Shown here: piece by piece, positions 40,537-47,436 of the stretch
Position numbering within the stretch: the first letter of the stretch is position 1
How the letters are laid out: every line of letters starts with the position of its first letter
Origin: a virus
Lineage: Duplodnaviria; Caudoviricetes
Reading direction: 5' to 3' (one strand)
DNA length: 48,579 bases
Virus record (IMG/VR): IMGVR_UViG_3300027753_000024
Coordinates: 1 to 48,579 of that record
The notes under the pieces: generated by a model
The model's database searches: none
What the model saw: the letters and a program-made list of their open reading frames with translations, nothing else
Told to the model about the DNA's origin: nothing
Program-made: the position numbers and the translations under genes

Positions 40537-42249
40537 TTATTTCCTTATGCTTCCTAAAGTCCCTACTTGACCACTTTCTAAGTCTTTTGCTGCTTGCTCT
40601 CTTCTTAGGTTAGTTAAGGAAGTAGATACGTTTTGACTTTGCGTAGATTTAAAGTTTAATAAAGCTGATTGAAATGCATTTAAGTCTTGGTCATTCCAGT
40701 CAGTTACTTGTGCTTCCATTTGTTTATCAAACATCCCTTTCCTTAAGTTAAGCCCATAGGTTTCTTGCTTAAGTGTTTCATTTCTCATGCGCAAGTCTTG
40801 CTCTGTTGTAGCCTTAGCTCTTCCTATTCTTTCAGCTAAATTACCAATGTTAGCTAACGTAGTTCCAGGACTTTTACCTGCTACATCCATAATTTGATTT
40901 TGAGCTTGTGCTGCCTCTTGATCTAACATTGCTAAATAAGGAGCTGAGTCTATAGGGTTATACTCTAAGTCTTTTTGTTCTAAGTTAAACATTCTAGGAT
41001 CTTTAGCTACAGGCTTCATACCTTCTAAAGTTCTTCTATATTCCGTACCAGAGGCTGCAGTTCCAATGCCTTGTGTGGTAGTTATAGCAGAAGTAATAGG
41101 TATATCCCCAACTTTTCCCATAAAGGTGTTATTTACACTACTTACGTCAGTATCATTTGCAACGCCTGAATTTGCAGTAGTGTCAGGCACAGGTGTATCT
41201 ATTTCTGGTATTGGAGATAATTCATTTGTAGTACTGTCAGTTGAAGCAGTATTAGTTGAAGTAGTATTAGTTGAAGTAGTATTAGGTGAAGTACCGTTAT
41301 AACTAAAGTTTTCATTAGCAAACCAAGCGTCTTTATATTCCTGTGGAGCATCGGCGTTAAGTACTTCCCCAGCATTGTTAAAACCATAAAGATTTAAAGT
41401 ACTTACTAACTCTTGATTATTTTTAGCTGTTCTTAGTGCTTGCTCAACTTCTGGATTATACGAACCTCCCGTTTGCATTTGCTTACGCATTCCTCCATAG
41501 CCCATTTGCATACCTTCTTGGGGCATTTGTTGCATTTGTTGTGGCATTCCTTGAGGGGCGCCTTGCATTTGCATTTTTTGAGGGGGCATCATTTGATCTG
41601 TAGGAGAAGCGTTTCCTTGTAGATCAGCTATTTCTTTTTGATGGCCTACTATAAGATCTGCCTTATGCACTTCCTGCATAGCAATTAATTTCTTAAGCTC
41701 TCTCTCAATTGCGTTCTGTACTATTAAGTCAGTTTCTTTTTTACCTTGAGGATCGTATTTCTTTTTTATAGCTTTTGATGCAGCCGCAAATGTTTTACCT
41801 TTTAAGAAAGGCATTTGTAACTCTTTAGATAAATCTTTAGGTACTGTTAGTCTATCTGAAAAGATATAATTAGCAGCATCCATTTTAGTTTCTCCTTCTT
41901 CTACGCTAGCATCAGGCCCTTGAGGTATACCTCCATTAGGGTTTTCTTGATGAGTACCCCCTCCTTGAAATTCAGTAAGCTGTCCCCCCATTTGGTAGGC
42001 CATCATGCCTCCGTTTTTCATGGAGTTTTTCATTATCTTATTTTGCACATTTGCAGGTAACGACTTAAATCCAGGGTTGTCATATCCTCCTTTAGCATAC
42101 TCTGTAGGCTTCTTGCGCATCATACTACCTCCGTAAGCCATTTCTTTAGCTTGTGGAAATTCTTTAAAGAAAGCTTCCTCAGTAGGATACTTATTATAAA
42201 ATTCTCCTTCTGACTTTACTCCTGCTAGTTTTAAAAAATTCGCCTTCAT
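40537..42249 (-). CDS. crAss-like internal virion protein with xxxGG repeats
   Basis: Core GGTHQENPNGG...VEEGET...YIFSDRL, Q/M/P-rich linker, six xxxGG motifs and a helical C-terminus. Confidence 0.8.
   Translation of the reverse strand: MKANFLKLAGVKSEGEFYNKYPTEEAFFKEFPQAKEMAYGGSMMRKKPTEYAKGGYDNPGFKSLPANVQNKIMKNSMKNGGMMAYQMGGQLTEFQGGGTHQENPNGGIPQGPDASVEEGETKMDAANYIFSDRLTVPKDLSKELQMPFLKGKTFAAASKAIKKKYDPQGKKETDLIVQNAIERELKKLIAMQEVHKADLIVGHQKEIADLQGNASPTDQMMPPQKMQMQGAPQGMPQQMQQMPQEGMQMGYGGMRKQMQTGGSYNPEVEQALRTAKNNQELVSTLNLYGFNNAGEVLNADAPQEYKDAWFANENFSYNGTSPNTTSTNTTSTNTASTDSTTNELSPIPEIDTPVPDTTANSGVANDTDVSSVNNTFMGKVGDIPITSAITTTQGIGTAASGTEYRRTLEGMKPVAKDPRMFNLEQKDLEYNPIDSAPYLAMLDQEAAQAQNQIMDVAGKSPGTTLANIGNLAERIGRAKATTEQDLRMRNETLKQETYGLNLRKGMFDKQMEAQVTDWNDQDLNAFQSALLNFKSTQSQNVSTSLTNLRREQAAKDLESGQVGTLGSIRK
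41239..41293. repeat. 15-bp in-frame tandem repeat, about 3.7 copies
   Basis: agttgaag(c/t)agtatt x3 plus aggtgaagta, encoding TSPN-TTSTN-TTSTN-TAST. Confidence 0.9.
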
Positions 42250-42250
42250 A

Positions 42251-45200
42251 CTATTTATATTTATCTAACCAAGAATTATTTACAGGAACCTCTCTAACTT
42301 TACTAGTATTAAATTTATGTTTTCCTGAATAAGGTTTTAACAATTTGCCATTCGCATACAAAGATACACCAGTTTCTGACATATCTATCTCTCCTGTAGG
42401 AGTATTAATATCTAAGTAGGGTTCATTCTTATAAGGAGAGTCATCTCTATAGCCCATTACAGATTTATCTAAAGCGCCTCCCATTGCTTTTTCTTGTGAC
42501 ATTGCTGTACCTGCTGCGCCTGCTCCTACTATAGGTGCTACAGCTTTATAGATATTAGGATTAGTCATATCAAACATACCATTATTGTATTTTAAAGACT
42601 TTATTCCACTTTTACCTAATATCCATTTATTCTGATATCCACCATCTAGTATAATATTTTTAGATAAGTCTTTCATGTTATCTGGAACATTTTCTTTAAT
42701 ACCCACATTTCCAAATTCTTCTGCACTTTTTAAATACCATTCAGGAGCTTCCTCTCCATATGTACGTCTGTACTGCTCTAAAAGATCTTTTTTGCTTTGT
42801 AGATCAGATCTATTCCACTGTGCTAAAAAGTCTTTATCATTAAAATTAAATTTTTGAGCATCTTTTGTATTTACAGCTAATTCATATACTGTTTTATCTT
42901 TAGGAAGCTCTTTTTTAAAATATCCTGCATATTTCTGAGCTTCTTCTAAATCATCTGTCATATAAAGGCCTTCACCGTATGCTTGTCTTCTATTAGCCTT
43001 TAAATTAAGACTTTGTAAATTATCTGTTTTACTTCCGTGATACATTTTTTCCCACTCTCCTTCTTTAAAAGCAGCTTTAAAGTTTTTACTTTGCTGTTGT
43101 ACAAACTGTTCTGGGGTACCTGTAAACTCAGAGCCGTCAGGATTCTTCATCCAAGTACCATCAGCTTTAGTAGCCTCTTCAATAGCATTATACTCTTTGA
43201 TTAAAGGTTTATTATTTGGGATGTCTTTATTCCATTTAGCCCAATCTATTTCTGATTTAAAACTTTTACTAATCTCAGAACCATCTGGATTAAAATTAAC
43301 AGTAGTTTTTTCTATTCTTTTTTGTTCTAACCCAGGAGCAAAGCCTTCTATTATTTCATCTTGTCTACTTCTTTTAGGCGTAGAGCTTTTTAAATAAGGC
43401 TCTGATTTTTTTGCTAGTTTTTCTGTAGAACTTGGCTCTGGGTTTATTACATAACTTGGGTTATCGCTTAAAGTAGGAATTTTTTCTTTTACTTTTACTT
43501 CTTTATATCCTAGTAGCCAATCTTTTTTTAATATCCTACCTTGATCTATAGGAATTTGATCTTGTGTACGCTGACTCCAATCTTTATCTTTATACCTTCT
43601 TGTAAAATTGCCTGCATCCTTTGGTACTTCTGCTATATAACCTTCTCCGTAGTTATCTGCAGTTTTAAAATTGGGACTGTAGTAAGTCCCTGCTTGTGTC
43701 TTATTAAAATCTTTTGTTATATTAAATCCGCCTTTTATGTTAGGCTTTTTATTTTGTTTAGGTCTAAATACTCCAGACTCTAAAGCATCTTCTGCTCCTT
43801 CTTTTCCTATACCTCTATAATAAAATTTAGGATTAGGTTTAAATGCAAAAGGGTTTAATTTATAAGCATTTTGTAAAGTACTAGCTCTTTTTGTATTATT
43901 TAACTTAGAAAGGTTTTTATAAGCTTTAAGTAATTTAGCAGCGTTTGCTCCTTTAGATACTAATCCTAGTCCTACTAAGTTTAATGGGTCTGTTGCAATG
44001 TCTTCTATAAATGAAGCATTATTTTCTTGCCCCTTTAAAGCATCAAGAAGACTATAACCATCTTTATAACCTGCTTGTACTAATTTTGCAGGAATTGATA
44101 ATGGCCCTAGTAGATCTAAAGCTCCTACATCTTTCATTTCCTCGTCTGTAAGACTTTCAGTTTCTACTTTTTTATATCTTAGATTTCCAGGAGCTCCCGC
44201 TGCTGCCCCTTGTTTTAATGCTCCTTCAAACTTTTGCATAAGAGTAGGATTAACTTTTCCTTTACTCTTTGAATTTTTTAATACAGCAAGTTCTTGTTCT
44301 GTAAAAGATTTTAAATAATCTTTTCTATTTCTATCTCCTTGTGGGTTTTCTTTTAGTAATTGTTCTGCCGCGTAGTTTCTCGCCCCTTCTCTATATTGTT
44401 TAGTAATATCTTTTTTATCTGTAACTGGATACTGTGCAGCGTAATCTCTATAATAAGCTTCTAGTTCTTTAGGTTGATCTTTTAGCTCTGTGCCTTCTGG
44501 CGTAATTTCTACTTCTAATAAATCAGGGGCAACATAAGGGAGCGTACCTCCATTTTGTTTTTGTGCAGGAATAAAATTTTCTCCATCCCAACTTCCTCCA
44601 ATATTACCATCTACATTATGGTATTTAGATTCGTTAGAAAAAGTAGGATGATTAGGTTTTTTACCTATATCCCCCCAGTGTTGCCTATTGTCCTTACTAT
44701 TCAATGAAGATTTTAGTCCCTCTTTATAAGCAGCTCTAAAGTCGTAGTTATAACCGTAATTATTTTTTTTATAAAAATCAAAATCACCTGGAGTTATATT
44801 ACCTGCTTTATACTGAGATTCTAACCAAGGCATAAAGTTGGCCTCTTCTTTTAAAGGTAAAGTAGTTTCATATTTAGGAAGTACTCCTCCGTTTTGTTTT
44901 TGCTGTGGTTTGGTTTTCCAGCTACCTCTTGCGTAACTATCTGCTTCTTCAGCGGTAGGAAATTCCCAAAGTTCACCTCTTTTTTGCGCTTCCATAAACG
45001 CAGCTTCTCCTGATAGTTGCATCCAATCTTTAGGATTGTTTGTTGGATTTGTTGGATCCTTAGGAAACAATGTTGGGTAAGCGTATTCTTTATTATCGTA
45101 TCCTCCGCTTTCCATAAGAACAGTAGAAGGTTCTTTTGCTCCTGGTAGTAGGATATCTGTAGACCTTATGTTGTAAGGCGTTTTAGGAAGCTGCCCTCCG

Positions 45201-45454
45201 TTTTGAAATTTATTACTTATAAGACCCCCCATTGCTCTGTACTTAGCAGTCTTCTTTGCAATGTTTTTTGGTTGTTTTACAAACTGCTCATTGCTTTTAG
45301 CCTTTGCTCTATTTGTAGCAGCCTTTTCTCCAGGAGTTAAAGCTTTCCATGCTGCATCAGGTAAGTATCTCTTTTTACCTTTAGAAGGAGAGCCATCAGA
45401 GGTTCTCCACTTTTGATTAGTCCAATCCCTTAAAGACTTCTGAGACTTTTTCAT
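42251..45454 (-). CDS. Modular polyvalent protein with two ADP-ribosyltransferase-like domains
   Basis: YYRG...YYS...A..Y...IAE; YHGS...GEGLYMT...A.KY...KS...NNG.FD..NPNIY; five xxxGG junctions. Confidence 0.75.
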   Translation of the reverse strand: MKKSQKSLRDWTNQKWRTSDGSPSKGKKRYLPDAAWKALTPGEKAATNRAKAKSNEQFVKQPKNIAKKTAKYRAMGGLISNKFQNGGQLPKTPYNIRSTDILLPGAKEPSTVLMESGGYDNKEYAYPTLFPKDPTNPTNNPKDWMQLSGEAAFMEAQKRGELWEFPTAEEADSYARGSWKTKPQQKQNGGVLPKYETTLPLKEEANFMPWLESQYKAGNITPGDFDFYKKNNYGYNYDFRAAYKEGLKSSLNSKDNRQHWGDIGKKPNHPTFSNESKYHNVDGNIGGSWDGENFIPAQKQNGGTLPYVAPDLLEVEITPEGTELKDQPKELEAYYRDYAAQYPVTDKKDITKQYREGARNYAAEQLLKENPQGDRNRKDYLKSFTEQELAVLKNSKSKGKVNPTLMQKFEGALKQGAAAGAPGNLRYKKVETESLTDEEMKDVGALDLLGPLSIPAKLVQAGYKDGYSLLDALKGQENNASFIEDIATDPLNLVGLGLVSKGANAAKLLKAYKNLSKLNNTKRASTLQNAYKLNPFAFKPNPKFYYRGIGKEGAEDALESGVFRPKQNKKPNIKGGFNITKDFNKTQAGTYYSPNFKTADNYGEGYIAEVPKDAGNFTRRYKDKDWSQRTQDQIPIDQGRILKKDWLLGYKEVKVKEKIPTLSDNPSYVINPEPSSTEKLAKKSEPYLKSSTPKRSRQDEIIEGFAPGLEQKRIEKTTVNFNPDGSEISKSFKSEIDWAKWNKDIPNNKPLIKEYNAIEEATKADGTWMKNPDGSEFTGTPEQFVQQQSKNFKAAFKEGEWEKMYHGSKTDNLQSLNLKANRRQAYGEGLYMTDDLEEAQKYAGYFKKELPKDKTVYELAVNTKDAQKFNFNDKDFLAQWNRSDLQSKKDLLEQYRRTYGEEAPEWYLKSAEEFGNVGIKENVPDNMKDLSKNIILDGGYQNKWILGKSGIKSLKYNNGMFDMTNPNIYKAVAPIVGAGAAGTAMSQEKAMGGALDKSVMGYRDDSPYKNEPYLDINTPTGEIDMSETGVSLYANGKLLKPYSGKHKFNTSKVREVPVNNSWLDKYK

Positions 45455-46854
45455 GATGTGTATCCTCCACCTGCTGCTCTATAGGCCTTAGCTAACATCT
45501 GTGCTTTTCTTGCAGACCACTGTCCTGCATTGCCTCCTTTAGTACCTGCTTTAATTCTTTGGAATATTCCCTTACGCATAGTAGGTTTTGTGTAGTTACC
45601 TGCTTCGTTAACCCTAGATTTACTTTTCTTCTTTATGCGACCTCCGTTTTTATAAACTTCCCTAAATTTTTCTATATACTCTTTTGGAGTTTTGTTAGCT
45701 TGTTCAGCACCTGGGCCAAACTTTTTAGGAAAGACGTCTTCTAAAGGTCTACCATCTCTTACATGATATCCTAAGTATTGTCTAGAACCATCTCTTCCTA
45801 GGAAGTTTATTAATGCCCCAAGTTCTACGTCGTTAATTTCTTCAGCTTTTAGTTGGCTGTCATACTTTTTTCTTAGATCTTGTACAGAATCTCTAATGCC
45901 TGTTCTTGTACCTGGCTCTAGTCTTCCATCATATCGCATCTGGAATATTTCATCTTGTAGCTCCAAGTCTTCTGCAAACTGCTCTCTAGTTACTCCTTTT
46001 AGTTCAGGCATATCTTTTATTAGATTAAAGAGTTGCCCATAATTTCCAGTTGCGCTACTTTCAGGGTTCATCATATCAGTGCCATCAGAACTTTCTACAT
46101 GGCTAAGTCCTTTTTTAAGGAGTGATAGATCAAACTCACCATCAGACTCATTAGAGTACTTTACACTAGAAATATCTGGCATCTTTCCTCCATTTTGCAT
46201 CATACGCTGAGGAGTGTAATTATCTAACCATCCTCCATACGCAGCCATTTGAGTAACACCCTCGCCTTCGGGGTAAGGGTTTCCCTTTTTGCCATAAGAA
46301 GAAGAATCGTCTACTGCATTTCCTATCTCTCCTACCTTTGGAGTTCCTCCCCCCATACTTCCCATACCTCCTACCATAGACGCACCTGCATCTACAAACC
46401 CCAAAGCTTGGTCAGCTTGTTCCATATTTATAAGAGAGTTATTACCTTCTTCTTGATCATACGCTCCAGTCATTTTTTGCGCTCCTCTTACTCCTTGGTA
46501 AGTCTGTACGCCTAACATTGGATTTCCCGTGGCTACTCCTACCGTAATTCCTGCGGCAATTGGAGCTGTGACTGCCATAGTAGATGCAGCAGTATCTGTA
46601 GCAACGTCTATACTATTGCCTAAAGCAGTTTTAGATTCGTATCCTATACTATCTGAAAAAGTTTTTCCAGTAGCAGCAGTATATATTTGTCCATATGGAG
46701 TGTACATTATAGCAGCATCTGCTGCCCCCATGCCTACATCTGCGGCAACATCTTTTTTGTATTGTTTTCTAGAGCCTTTATCTGCTTGATTCATGCCCTG
46801 CTTTGTAGCAGCTAAATTTCTTTTTAATCCCCTAAACTTACTTCCTATGCTCAT
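45451..46854 (-). CDS. Modular virion protein: hydrophobic N-terminus, SLT-like muramidase and DUF5872-like tail
   Basis: HVESSDG...NPESSATGNYGQ; C-terminal YTKP..RK...KGG..GQWSARKAQMLA..Y...GGGY. Confidence 0.75.
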   Translation of the reverse strand: MSIGSKFRGLKRNLAATKQGMNQADKGSRKQYKKDVAADVGMGAADAAIMYTPYGQIYTAATGKTFSDSIGYESKTALGNSIDVATDTAASTMAVTAPIAAGITVGVATGNPMLGVQTYQGVRGAQKMTGAYDQEEGNNSLINMEQADQALGFVDAGASMVGGMGSMGGGTPKVGEIGNAVDDSSSYGKKGNPYPEGEGVTQMAAYGGWLDNYTPQRMMQNGGKMPDISSVKYSNESDGEFDLSLLKKGLSHVESSDGTDMMNPESSATGNYGQLFNLIKDMPELKGVTREQFAEDLELQDEIFQMRYDGRLEPGTRTGIRDSVQDLRKKYDSQLKAEEINDVELGALINFLGRDGSRQYLGYHVRDGRPLEDVFPKKFGPGAEQANKTPKEYIEKFREVYKNGGRIKKKSKSRVNEAGNYTKPTMRKGIFQRIKAGTKGGNAGQWSARKAQMLAKAYRAAGGGYTS

Positions 46855-46858
46855 ATTA

Positions 46859-46866
46859 CAAAGTTA
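46859..46866 (-). promoter_or_regulatory. Bacteroidota -7 promoter element (TAACTTTG)
   Basis: TAnnTTTG overlapping the upstream TAA stop, 4 nt before ATG 46854. Confidence 0.45.
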
Positions 46867-47430
46867 AAAATTTCCTGGCTGATAAGTATAATAGAATGGA
46901 TACAGCTTAAACCCTAAGTAGTTGCCATTATTACTAAGGTTGTTATACTCTAATGTAAGGTATATGTTTTCATTACAAAGTCTATGTAACCCATTCCTAG
47001 AGTTAATGTCTCTTGCAAATTGAGTTCTAAATATCCTTAAATGTTTTCTAGTTCTTATAGTATCATTAGCCAATGTTATATACCCAGTATTTTGATATTC
47101 GTTATACGCTCTGTATCTTGTAAAGTTTACATCTTCTATATTAACACCTGCCTTTGTACTGACCTCTAGCTTATAGTGAAATTCATAGAAGTTCTTAGAT
47201 ACTACTGAGTCTTCTGATAATAAAGAAGTAACATAAGAGGTTTCAGATTGATTAAAAAATACTCCAGACTCCCCTCTATTTTGCAAATACAGTTTATCGT
47301 AGTATGCTACTACAAAGTTTTTACCGTCGTTAAAAGATACAGGCATCTTATAACTATGCAAAGAAACTATACTAGCAGTCATTTCATTATAGCTGAACGT
47401 AAGATTATCTGATGTATTTATATTAGCCAT
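46864..47430 (-). CDS. C-terminal part of the muzzle/tail-stabilisation protein, as a separate ORF
   Basis: TFSYNE...S.HSY..P, AYNEYQNTG, R.FR.QF.R and RL....IYL.L motifs resemble crAss muzzle C-termini. Confidence 0.65.
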   Translation of the reverse strand: MANINTSDNLTFSYNEMTASIVSLHSYKMPVSFNDGKNFVVAYYDKLYLQNRGESGVFFNQSETSYVTSLLSEDSVVSKNFYEFHYKLEVSTKAGVNIEDVNFTRYRAYNEYQNTGYITLANDTIRTRKHLRIFRTQFARDINSRNGLHRLCNENIYLTLEYNNLSNNGNYLGFKLYPFYYTYQPGNF

Positions 47431-47436
47431 GTCTTA

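Noticed and set aside
41239-41293. Tandem repeat as a CRISPR array or regulatory iteron
   Set aside because: The units are contiguous 15-mers with no spacers, in frame within a Thr/Ser-rich linker.
43124-43294. Duplicated NPDGSE peptide in the 1067-aa protein
   Set aside because: There are only two short copies with diverged codons, so no function can be supported.
45440-45460. Programmed frameshift fusing the two DUF5872-like halves
   Set aside because: The A-run lies after the TGA stop of the upstream ORF, and the ATGA overlap is ordinary translational coupling.
41464-46236. GGAGG at the GG junctions as internal Shine-Dalgarno sites
   Set aside because: It follows directly from Gly-Gly codons, start codons are not consistently spaced downstream, and real starts in this window use A/T-rich leaders without SD.
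98-46789. Short antisense and nested ORFs in the track (e.g. 33485-33955, 34445-34831, 38815-39258, 17495-17680, 41199-41387)
   Set aside because: They lie within well-supported genes, mostly on the opposite strand, and many are Ser/Leu/Phe-rich shadows of the real codon bias.
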